Origin: Balanoglossus misakiensis
Taxonomy: Eukaryota; Animalia; Hemichordata
Reading direction: 5' to 3'
Assembly: GCA_040954595.2 (NCBI GenBank)
Contig: CM082586.2
Span: 11,253,337-11,317,336 of the forward strand
DNA: 64,000 nt
A program made the translations under genes and the position numbers. The notes under the pieces are model-generated. The model did not search any database. It was not told where the DNA came from and was given only the letters and a program-made list of their open reading frames with translations. Every line of letters begins with the position of its first letter. Positions within the stretch are counted from its first letter, which is position 1. Below, piece after piece: positions 26,056 to 37,832 of this stretch.

Positions 26056-26274
26056 TCCCCTCTTCTTTAAGATAAATTGTTTCAAAACTCTTTTTGAATA
26101 CGAATGTCACTGTGAATTGTCCTGTGCAAACTCTGCATTCATCTTGAATCAGTCTTTGTCAAAATCAAACGCAACGAACATGAAAAATACTCTGGGAAAA
26201 ATGTGATAAATTTTCCTCTGTATAACTCAACTTTCTGTGGAACAAATGGCGTATCTCAATATCAGAAAAAGCTA

Positions 26275-29200
26275 TCAATCAGTCACATAATCTTTGTATC
26301 GAGACGGCTTTTGTATATTTGTTCTGGTTCGTGTTGATCTCAACGATTCTTGGGCTGGTGATGCTGGCGTTGCGGGTTGTTGAGGCGGTGTTCCCTCTGT
26401 GACTGCTGGTGCAATATTGTGTTGATCCATCCCTGTCTGTGCTGGTTTCAGTTCTGCGCTGACTGGTTTCAGGTGGATCCTGTTGCGTCGCATTTGTTTC
26501 CCGTTGTCTAACTTCACGGTGTAGGACCTAGGTGTGTTTGCTGGGGCTACAACTCTCGCTGGACTCCATGTTTTGCTGATTGGGTTTTGTACATGGACTT
26601 GTTGACCTGTCAGCAATTCTGGTAGTTGTCTGGAGTGCTGGTCGTGGCTGGAAGTCTGGGCCTGCTGTTGAGATGTCAGGTATTGACGAACTTCCTCCCC
26701 GTTTCTTGCTGGGTGAATTTTGGCTGGGAGAGTTGTCTTGTATGCTCTGCTGTTCAGCAACTCAGCTGGTGATGGTATGTTGGACTTCAATGGAGTCGCG
26801 CGAAGTGCCAACAATGCTAGATTCGGATCATCTCCGGACTCTTTGCACTTCATCAGGATGTTCTTCACGGTCTGTACATGTCGCTCGATAAAACCGTGCC
26901 CTTTGGGATAGTATGGTGATGATGTGACTATCGCAAAACCATACTTCTCAGTTAGGCTGTGGAAGTCTCTAGCTGTAAACTGAGATCCGTTGTCACAAAC
27001 TAGTTTCTCGGGTATTCCTTGCTCTGCAAATAGAATTCGGAGGGCTCTCATAATGGTACTGGCTCTGAGGTCTTCAAGTTTCCTAATGAAGGGGAACTTG
27101 GAGTAGTAGTCAGCAACTATCATGTACCATGTTTGGTTCACGTAGAATAGGTCTGCTCCAATTGTGTGCCACAGTCGTGGTGGAATTTCCATTGGAATCA
27201 TCGGTTCCTTCTGCTGGGAATTCTGGAATTTCTGGCACGCGTTGCATCCTGTTACTAGTCTCTCTATATCTTTACAAATTCCAGGCCAGTACACGCTGGA
27301 TCTGGCTCTCAGCTTGCATTTCTCGATCCCCAGGTGACTGCTATGAATGCGTTGTAGCATTTCATCTCTCATTACTGCTGGTATGAGGAGTCGGCTGCCT
27401 ATCAGGATAATACCATCTTCGATAGCGATATCGTCTCGAATAGACCAGTAGGGTCGAATATCAGCGTGAATGTCCTTGATGCTATCTGGCCATCCTTTCA
27501 GGACTTGCTGGATCAATAATTGAAGAATTTCATCTTTGGTAGTTTCTTCTTTGATCTCCATCTGTCTCATTGGTGTGATCTTCACCAGGTGGTGTATCTG
27601 GACTTTTATGTCACTGATTTCGTTCTGATCTTGTGGTGACAGTCTAGATAGTGCGTCGGCAAGTATCATCTGTTTGCCTGGCTTGTAGTGTATGGTGAAA
27701 TCATACGGCTGTATGCGCAACAGCATTCTCTGTAATCGGGGTGGTGCCTTGGTCAAATTCTTCCTCTGAATTTGCTCCAACGGTCGATGATCACTCTCTA
27801 CTATGAAACTTCTGCCATAGAGATATGTGCGAAACTTCTCACATCCGTAGACTACCGCGAGTAGTTCTCTTTCTATATTGGCGTATCGGGTTTCCGCTGG
27901 TGTCAGGGCCTTGGACGCAAATGCTATAGGTCTCTGTTCCTGTATGAGCACCGCTCCGATTCCCTTTCCCGATGCGTCGACTTGTAGAGTGACAGGCTTC
28001 TTACGGTCGTAGTAAGCAAGTGTAGTCTTTGTGCTGATCAGGTCCTTGATCATATTGAAAGACTTTGTGTGTGTCGTAGACCACTCAAACTCAGTGTCGT
28101 CTCTGATGAGCTCTCTCAGTGGTGCTGTGTGTTCAGCTAATCTGGGTATGAATGAACCCATGTAGTTCACCATTCCGAGGAATGTGCGCAGTTCGGTCTT
28201 GTCTCTAGGCGGATGCATCATCTCTATCGCCTTGACCTTTTCTGGGTTGGGTTTAACTCCGTCTTCTGTGTATAACATGCCAAAGAAACTACATTCTTTT
28301 GTCTTGATGTAGCATTTCTCTTTGTTCAGTTTAATGCCTGCTTTCCTGGTTCGTTCCATGGCTTCGTGTAGATGCAGGTCATGGTGTCGCTCTCCTGATC
28401 CTAAGACTTGTATATCGTCTGCAATGCCGACTGCACCTTCACACTCTCTGTATGTTTCATCAATTTTGAATTGAAACACATCTTGGCTCATCCTTAGCCC
28501 AAATGGCATTCGTAGGAATCTGTAACGGCCATATGGTGTGTTAAAGGTCGTCAGGAAGGATGATTCTTCATCGATATTTACATTCCAGTATCCGTTCCGC
28601 GCGTCTAGCTTGCTGAAAAGTGTTGCGCCTGCCAACTTTGGGGTAATCTCCTCCAATGTGGGTGTAGGGTAATGATCCCTTTTAATGGCTTTGTTCAAGT
28701 CCTTCGGGTCCAGACAAATGCGAAGTCTTCCATTGTCTTTCTCCCGGACAACAAGAGAATTGACCCAGTTCGTAGGCTGGTTCACTTTGGCGATGATTTG
28801 CTTATCTTCCATCTCCTGCAGCTCGGTTTTGAGTCTATCCATTAGTTCTAATGGAACTCTGCGGGCAGGGTGTACTACTGGTTGTACTTCTGGATCAAGA
28901 GTGATGTGGTATGTGTAGTTTTCAAAACATCCGACCACGTCGTCAAAGCAATCAGGGTACATCCTCAGCAACTGTTCTTTGTTCTTTATGGGAGGGCGGT
29001 CCCCGATGGGTGTATTACTGTCTATGTAGTCATCTGCAGGGTTTCTGTTTTTTCCTGCTGGCTTCTGTTCGTTCATCTTTCTCTTTTCCACTTCCACATT
29101 TCTTCCAGGCTGTGCTGTCTTGCACTCTGGGCTCGCCTGCACTTGTATGGCTTCTACTGAACAGTTTATTTGTATCAGGTTTAAGGCTCTGCTTGCCTTT

Positions 29201-30425
29201 AACCCTAAAATGGCTGGGCCTGCGGCGTCAGTTACATAGAAGAGGCATCTGATTTTCCTCTCTCTATGTTCACATGGAATGACGATGGTGCCAAGCTGTT
29301 TGATTTTGGAACCTCCATATGCGGTAAGGATTGTTTTATTTTCCTTCAAGTGCCCGCGTTTTGGATTTCCGTGTTTATCCAGTTTCTCTGGAAATATGAT
29401 CTTGAAAAGGCAGAGGGGCAGTATATTGCCCTGTGCACCGGTATCAATCTTGCATCTCAGTGCTACTTTCCTTTTCTTTTCGCTCTGTGTGATTGTCAGT
29501 TTCGTGTATATTTCTTCTTGTCTGTTGATGTTGTCCAATGCATTTATTTCGATAGTTCCAACATCTAGGACTTCATCATCTATTTGATGCATGTTGCTGC
29601 TCGAGCGTGTCACATTATGGATTGGTTTTCCACCTCGTCTCTGCTGTGACTTCGGTTCGCTTGAGCTGGTTTTGGAACGGCATACCGCCTGCCAGTGATT
29701 AGGTTTCCCACAATTTCGGCATTTCGAGCCATATGCTGGGCAGTTACTTTTCACTGAGGTGTCATGCTTTTTTCCGAAATGCTTACATTGTTTGGGGTGT
29801 GTCTTGTTGGGCTGCCTTTTTACTGCGTTGACAGCCTTGCTATCCACAGGATTAGCAATATGGCAATTTGTGAGCGTTTTCATGTGTTTTGTTGTGGCTT
29901 CGTGACCTCTAGCTATATCGAGCGCCTCCTTCAAGGTCAGTTTCTCATCACGCCCAATAAGTTTCTTCTGTATTTCTTGGTGACAGATCCCCCATATCAA
30001 CTGATCTACGAGTCTTGCTTCCTGTTCTTTTGTATCCCCAAATTTGCATTTGGCGGCTTCATTTTTCAATTTCGAAAAGAAATCATCAACTGGTTCTCCA
30101 GGGTCTTGTCTCATATCTTGGAATTGGTATCTATGTATGCGATGATTCGACTTCGGCTCTAAGTGTTCGGAAAATTTGTCGAATAGTACTGTGGGGACTT
30201 TCCGCTGGTCTTCATTTTCAAACGACCAACTGTTGTATTTGTCAAGACCTGGTTCACCGGACCATAGAATATGTAGCTAGCTTTCTCTTCATCGTTAGCA
30301 TCTTTAAGTGCTGTCTTAAATGTTAACTCACATTTTTGACGAAAACGACTGAAGGCTAGTGCTAGATCTGGCGCGTCCCATTCCATCTTTGGGGCTGTGA
30401 AGGGCGTTTGTAGTGCGGCCGCCAT
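26275..30425 (-). CDS. Gag-Pol polyprotein, disrupted by a 1-nt frameshift near 30268
   Basis: N-terminus MAAALQTPF...EEKASYI, then a second frame LWSGEPGLDKYNSW... that runs into the 1279-aa ORF. Motifs: Zn knuckle CRNCGKPNHWQAVC, protease DTGA, RT LDARNGYW/MPFG/ADD, RNase H DASG, integrase HSSH..CNAC, GADLF, DNGSQF and ERHVQT. Confidence 0.95.
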
Positions 30426-30522
30426 CTTGTCAGGTCAGTTCGATGGTCTTTTCTTCTGTAGTTTTGGTGTCTTGTGTAGTCGATACTGTGTAAAGTCTGC
30501 TTACATCTGATCACTCACGTTC

Positions 30523-30535
30523 ACCGCTGCCACCA
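30523..30535 (-). other. Primer-binding site complementary to tRNA-Leu 3' end
   Basis: TGGTGGCAGCGGT directly follows the 5' LTR on the minus strand. Confidence 0.85.
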
Positions 30536-30739
30536 TGTTATGTTTCCATCAACATGGGAATAATAATGCGATCATAAGGTATAACAACAACCTATTTATT
30601 GATCGGCTGAAAAGACTCAACAATGTGCTTCGCCTTATCTGGGCGGAAGTGACGTCGTACAGCAATTCATAAACCAGTGGAACACCAACAATGCAACACT
30701 AGAGGGCGCTATATTGATCGTAGCTGTCAGAATACTACA
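30536..30739 (-). repeat. 5' LTR (204 bp)
   Basis: Direct repeat of 25852-26055. Confidence 0.96.
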
Positions 30740-33547
30740 CCCCCCCCCCCCCCCCGCATGTTTAAAGGTTTCTATAGAAAAGCATTGTTAAGGTTCACAA
30801 AACTTTGAAGAAGCTTTGCAACACTAACTTTGGCCAAAGATTTGAATGTTAAGGTTTCACAAACGTAGTTACAGCTGAGGTTCAACTAAGACTAGTATAA
30901 GAGGCTTCAGCACGCCAAGTCTTGTAGCAAGCTTCAACACAAAGCTTTTTGCAACATTGTTCAAAGCGTTGTCAAAGGTACTGCACAACCCTGGTGAAGT
31001 AGTGCTATATTTTCAATTAAATGGCTTAAGCCATTTGTCTCTCCAACCAGAATTGCACCAGAGTTAAATACACACAGCTTGAAATTGTAAAATGTTGCAA
31101 AATCAAACGATCACATCCTTACACCTATTATTAGAACCAGAAGTTGAGTCAAAATTTTCCTACCTAGAAATTTTCTTTCCTATGAAGTTTTTTGCTTATT
31201 GGCATTCATATGGGAGCCTAGACCTATTCCAGCTGAGTTGCCAAAATGGCAATGTTGGACAATTCTTCTAATATGCATGATCAAAAATGGCCGCCAAATA
31301 CCTTCTCTAAAATAAAACTTGGCCCTTTTTTCTCAAAATTATGTGTAATATCTAAAATTTCAGGATTTGCATCCATATTGGTTATGTATTGCAAATGTGG
31401 CAGTGTTTGGCAACTTTTCTATTTTGCATAATCAAAAATGGCCGCCAATCACCACTAAAAGTGAAATTTTGCCATGTTTCCCAAAATGATGCGCAATATC
31501 GTATTTTCAGGATTAGCACATTCATATGGGTACCTTAAACAATACAACTGTGTTGCAAATTTGGCAGTGTTACCGTACTAATCATGAAGCAAGGAAGTGC
31601 AACCTCTGTATCCCAAATATATGTCTATCCCCACTGATAGGAGTCACAAAGAGCCAGCCCCTCTGCATCATCCTGTTCCTCAATCTCACGATGGGAATCC
31701 TTTTCAGAATTCCGACCTCAAAACATCCAGGGATTCACCATCATTCACCACCCCTCGTCAGTATCCACCATGTTTAGATCCAATGCCTGAACATGTTGTC
31801 TCTTTATCTATGGATTGCGTTAAAGGCCAGTGGGAGTTTCATCTCCTTTTTTTGCAATTTTGACCATTTTTATCTGGTGCATAATGCTAGAGTACATATC
31901 ATCCATACAGGATGATGCATGTACAGTGATGGGAAATGTATCAATCCACTCCTGCACTAGATTTGCATACAGTGCCATACCTTTTAGGGCTATTTTCTTG
32001 ACCCTTTTGATAGTCTGCTGGCCAAAAGTGGCTGGCCAAAGTGGCCAGCAGAGACATTCTTCCAATACCCTTCATAGTGCCAACAGACAAGGCTTGGATA
32101 TACAACCTGTGTTGCTTGTAAGGCACACATCTCCAATTGGTACATTGGGCCAATTATACTGTACATGTACAGCTAGGAAAAAAATATACTTCATCATAGT
32201 TTCCATGGTCAGCAGCTTCAATAACTTGTTGCCTTGTCTTACTGAACATTTAGACTTATAAAGAAGTATAACAAGAATAAAGTTGTCCAAATAGTGTTGG
32301 CAGGGGGGTGGGGGATGTGTTCTCCCATACAAAGGTGTATAGGTATGTAGTCTTTAAGAAAAACTTGGGGTAAATGACCAGAAAATTTGACTTATAATAC
32401 AAATAGGTCGGGTTTTGGGCATTTACACGTGTTGATGTTATCGACTGGGGCGACAGACTACCATCCGAAAAAATTTCAAGTACCCCCCCCCCCCCCTCGG
32501 GTGCCGGCCAGTGGGATGGAGGTGATAGAAACTGTTGCAGATACAATAGAGGCCTACAACCTGAAAACCTTCTGGCTTTAACCGAGGACTTGCCATTAAA
32601 GATACCTGTAGGCCCCTATATGCTGCTCCCACATACACTCCCAGTCCTAAACCTTGCATCTGATTTGTGGTGCAGATGAAGAATTAAGATTGGCTTGACA
32701 ATTAGCACACTTAATTGCCTGTTATGAGATATAATACATACAATCATGGGACAAGAATGGCAAAAGTTAAATTATCCAGCAGGTGTTTGAATTATGCAAA
32801 TTAGAGCAGTTGTCTAATATTGCCATGTCAACCATGTTGAAATTGTTTTAGGTACCCATATTAATGGAAACCCTGCAAATTCGATATTACACACCATTTA
32901 AAACAAATATGGGAAATTAACATGTTAGAGAAATTTGGCGGCCATTTTGGATTATGCAAATTAGAACAGTTGTCTAATATTGCCATGTCAACCATGTTGA
33001 AATTGTTTTAGGTACCCAGGAGAGTTGAATGAAAATGCCATTTGCAATGCAGTTGTCTTGTATTGGGTGCCCATATTAAGGCATTCTTGAAAACGAAACA
33101 TTATTCATCATTTTGACGCAAACAGAAAAGGTGTTCAAATGCAAATTAGAAGAGTTGCCCAACCCTGCCATATTTGCAATACAGTTGTAGTGACTGTCAA
33201 CTCGACTACAGACAGTCTCGATGAACACAAGACATGATCCCAATTTGCAAGCTGAGTTGAAACTGACTGCTGCAGTAACTTAGCTGTGGGAATGTCTTGT
33301 GTGATTTAAAACAATGATGACCAAATTTAACACAGTTTCTCTGAGGTAACCATTTAGCTTTCGTGACTAAGTTTGTTTAAGAATCCTTTATTCTACCCAA
33401 GGAACAAATTTCCTTAGAATTTCACAACTGAGACACAGTTTACAGATATACAAAAAGTGCGTACTACAAACATAAGAAATTGTTTGCATTTTTTTTTTCT
33501 GATGGCAATGCATTTGACTGTAAACAGACATTGACGTCCTTTAGTAA

Positions 33548-34374
33548 GGGACTGTTCAGTTTTGGTGGAGGGGGGGGGCAAAAGTTTGTGTCATTGGTTT
33601 TCAAAATCAGGCCGACACCCCCTTCAACCAGGACCAAAAAAATGATGACCCCCCCCCCCCCCCTTTGACAGGACCAAAATATGATGACCCTCCTCCCACC
33701 CCGAAAACATTTGCCATCCTTATCTTATGTACACTGACTGTATGCAATAAAGGTAAAGGGTCTCCTCACACCTCAATTCTAAATTTCTTAAAGAAATTTA
33801 TAATTTGAAGTGTATAATAGTATAGCGTTGCAATAAAGAAGGTCTATGGATAAATTAAAAGGACACGTCAATACAATAGTTGGTAGAATTGGTAAAACAA
33901 GAAAAGTGGAAGGGGTGGGTGTACGTAGGACAATTTTGTAAAATACAATTAATGCATTTTAATGAACTCAAAGGCAAATTAACTTAATGTTGGGGAGGAC
34001 ATATTTGACTTTTGCCACTCAAAGTTAACATCAGTGGGGGTGGGATGCCAAGTATTCTGCCCTGGTACACTATATGTGGCGAAGAAATAAGGGGATGGGT
34101 GTGGGAGGGGATGTCCCCCTTCCACATAAGAAAACTTTGTAAAATATGTAGCTCAAAGTTGCATTTTAATGAAGTCAAAAGCAAATTATCTCAATGTTTG
34201 AAAGGACCAATTTTACTGTTGCTACTCCACTCAAAGTTAGCATCGGTGGGTACATGTATATGACCTCCCCCCTAAACGTTTGAAAAAAAGATGACTCCCT
34301 CTTTTGGATTTCAAAATTTAAGTGACCCCCTGGATTTTGCCAGCCTCCCCCCACCGTAAAAACTGAATGGTCCC
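33548..34374. mobile_element. PIF/Harbinger (Tourist-like) MITE
   Basis: TIRs GGGACTGTTCAGTTTT / AAAACTGAATGGTCCC are flanked by TAA. It interrupts a module that is contiguous at ~50495 and ~57897. Confidence 0.82.
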
Positions 34375-35189
34375 TAAGCGCTATTTTGTCAGTGAAATGG
34401 CTCCAATGTTATCCCTCCAACTATAGTTGAAACGGAGTTAAATATGTACAGCTTGAAATCATAAAATGTTGCAAAATTGAACCAAGAGTTTGGTCAATGA
34501 TCAAGTTCTTACAGCTATTACTAGAACCATACAGTCTCAGCGAACAAGAGACATTGGTCCGATTTGCAAGCCGAGTTGGAACTGACTTTGCCTGCACACA
34601 GATGTGCCAATTTCAGCGAATCTTATCGTATTTAAAAATGAATATGGAGAATTGTTATCTGTGTTCCTATTGCTAGCCTACATACATGTAGCTGTTGTCA
34701 TTCTAGTGTTTTTTCTGTATACCAAAATTGCCACACTGTTTGGGATACTTTTATCAAATGTTATGTGATACTATATCAGCCTGTTTTGGGGATCTTGACA
34801 ATGACATATATTAGACTTTTCATACACAGCATGAGGTAGAATTTCAGAAACGATTAGGTAATAAGTCTGCATATCTCATAGGAAATAATCACTTTAGAAG
34901 TATTACGATAAAAAAAATCATTTCACTCTTATTGGGAGCATACATTTGTAAAACATACATACAGACATGAATACAGACATAGAGAGATCAAGGTGTATAC
35001 GATTTTCAGTGGGGGAGGGGGTCCTCCTTAATTGCAAACAACTATGTAATGGTAATTTCCCTTTTATAATAACAATTTTTGAGGTATAAGGAAAAAATAT
35101 CAAACAAAATAAACAAAAAAACTAATTCAGCTATGATTTGATTCAATTATCATTCTAAAGAAGCACATATCATTAACTCACAACTAAAC

Positions 35190-36680
35190 TTTTAAAGTGA
35201 TCAACCATGCACTTTCTGAGAATTTTTTTTATGCCCCCAAAATACAATTTTTTCACTTTCAGAACATTTATGATATATCACAGTAAAAAAATCCCCTGGA
35301 AACTGCAAAACAAAAAATTGCAAAGCAATCAAACAAAAATGGCAAAAATTGTCCACAAAAACTATATTGACACTTCCATCATAGGATTTGTTAAAATGTC
35401 GTGATAACACACCTAGGAACCTGCAAACCAAATTTCAAAGAACTGTGAGTAGAGGTTTTTGAGTATTTGACCAAAATCACCCCAAAAATATACTTCAAAC
35501 CAGATATTAACTGAATATGCTCACGTGCAGTACTGTGATTGGTTGACAGAATAACAAGATTAGAAAAACCAGTGTTAAACCAATTTGGTTTATAGTGTAT
35601 ATGGTGTAAGGGTTGTGTGTTGCACCATTGTGAAATGTAAACATGTTTGTGGAATTGTTGCCTTGTCAATTTTTGTAAGGGGTTATGAGTCATGTACCCC
35701 ATCCTGAACTGCATAAAAAGATAAGTCTATGGAATTCTAAAACTCGTTGATCAAAAATGGCAAGAAATATACCAAAAAGTATGAATATTTCACCAGATTT
35801 CAACAAATCTGATTTCTGTTCATGCCTAAGAACCTCTTTAACAAGTTTCAATAAGGAAGACATTTTGGCAAACAACAGGTCATTCAGACAAATCTGACTG
35901 ATATCACATATATGAATTCCCATTCAAAGTTTCCAATCAATTGGACTTGTGGTTTTACTGAAGACTATTTGGCCAAACCCTGCAGAATTCCCAAAAAATA
36001 CAATTATGCAAATTTCTTTACAATTTGATCATATCTGACTGAGATCACCCCTAGAAACCCAAATACAAAGTATCAAAACAATTGCACTTACAGTTTCACG
36101 GGATTTGATTTTTTGACAAAAACAGGAAATATTGCCCAAAAATGCATTTTTGCAAATTTCACCACCGTTTGCACAAATGTGATTCAGGTAAGCCCTATGA
36201 ACCTCCATACCAAGTTTCCAATCAATTGGACATGTAATTTCAGAGAAGAATTTTTTTTAACAAAACTGCAGAAAATTCCCCCAAAAATTCATAAAAAATA
36301 GCAAACGCCAGATACTGACTCCACCTGAACAAAATCATACGAGGTCTTCCCATAGTACTTGCACACCAATGCACGCCAATTTTAAACTGAATCTGATCCG
36401 CTGTTATTAAGTTTTTCAATTTTGACTGTTTGAACATTTTTCCAGTTAATACCAGTATGCATTTTTTCGCAATAACAATTTCTATGTACACACTAAATAT
36501 CAGTAGTTTCAAGTTTTTGATGTTGATGGACATACACATACATACATCAATACATTTAGACGAAACTGATCCATTCGCAAAATACATAATTCTGTATGAG
36601 GCACACATACAGACATACATAGACGACGGACACCAACTTATGCTATAAGCTGACATTGATATACATGTTAGCCAAAAACC
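35190..36680 (-). mobile_element. Degenerate HINE-like element
   Basis: (CATA)n-type microsatellite, then the hairpin gctgacattgatatacatgttagc and an A-run at 36649-36678. Degenerate internal repeats. The left boundary is uncertain. Confidence 0.55.
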
Positions 36681-37559
36681 AAAATCAACCTCAAAATAGA
36701 CATTAAAATATATTGCACCACCATGAGAAGACAAATTCATTTTTTGCCACATTTTCTGGGGCGTCATTGATATAGCATGGCATATTGTCAAAGTACGTAG
36801 TCTCTGTGATAAGATTCCATACACACAAAATGGTAACCTTGGAAGTCCAGCTGACGTAGTTATGCAATGGCGCCAAAAAATCATCGTAAAATTGATAGTC
36901 GGGGTCACAATTCAAGACGACTTTCTCTAAATTCTTTATGAATGGATTAAATCGAAATCGAAATGTTGACGTATGACGTACGGAATGAGATCTGAACAGA
37001 CATTCAATGTTATCATTCTCGCTCGATCACATATTGGGTAAGCCATATAGCAATCGCTATATAGTATTGGCGATAACAGACTGTCTATAAACTCACAAAA
37101 CGGATTTTACTGTTGAGTGTGATCAACCGCCACGTTATTTTTCTCTGAACAATAGACAAATAGAAAGCCTGGTGACATTTTGAGATTGACTGCGTGAGGA
37201 CCACAATATGCGTGAATCATTAACGGTTTGTCTTGATGAATGGGTCACGTCATAGTCATAACGCGGATTCGGCTGCACGCCAACTATCCGCCATATTGTC
37301 TCCACTAACTTACTCGTAAGTAGTTTCAAACTTCATTTGAAAAGAGTATTCGTCTGACGGTCCTGTAGATTAACAATTTACGCTCTATGAAGCAACTAAA
37401 CAACGTTAGCTTCCTTGTGGATTCACGTAGGGAAGTTATTCGTAACGACGGGTACAGCGTCTGAGCATGGACAGAACCACGGCAATATCGCCAGGAATGT
37501 CTCATTTCACAGCGCCCTCAAACAGTCGATCTCCTTAAACTATCGTTTCCACTGGTCAT

Positions 37560-37832
37560 ATATGCGGCATTAACGAAAGCTCACATAGACAACCATGTAA
37601 TAGAAAAATTAAAACTTAAATAACTTCATTAATATCAAAGCCACACGCACCAAAACCTTTCCAGTTCTTGCCATATGATATCTGAACCTGTGTACTAAAT
37701 TTGGTTGAAATCGGTTCAGCGGTTCTTGAGATATCGGGTATACAGACAGACACACACACACATACATACATACACACACACACACACAGACATCGCTAAA
37801 CCATAAGCTCACGTGATTTTCACGTGAGCTAA
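37560..37832 (-). mobile_element. Short HINE-like element
   Basis: Terminal hairpin agctcacgtg-atttt-cacgtgagct plus an A-run, a CA/CATA microsatellite, and a distal subTIR agctcacat at 37578. Confidence 0.7.

Larger units (their letters stand above)
25852..30739 (-). mobile_element. Full-length Ty3/Gypsy LTR retrotransposon, Mag-like clade
   Basis: Two 204-bp TGT...ACA LTRs, a PBS, a PPT and gag-PR-RT-RH-IN order. It is inserted in a poly-C run, so the all-C TSD has ambiguous length. Confidence 0.97.

Noticed and set aside
30255-30280. Programmed ribosomal frameshift in gag
   Set aside because: It lies near the gag N-terminus with no slippery heptamer. A 1-nt deletion or sequencing error explains it better.
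26580-30326. Plus-strand ORFs inside the retrotransposon
   Set aside because: They are antisense shadows of gag-pol.
36240-36908. 222-aa minus-strand ORF
   Set aside because: It crosses a HINE terminus and microsatellite, and has no domain-like content.
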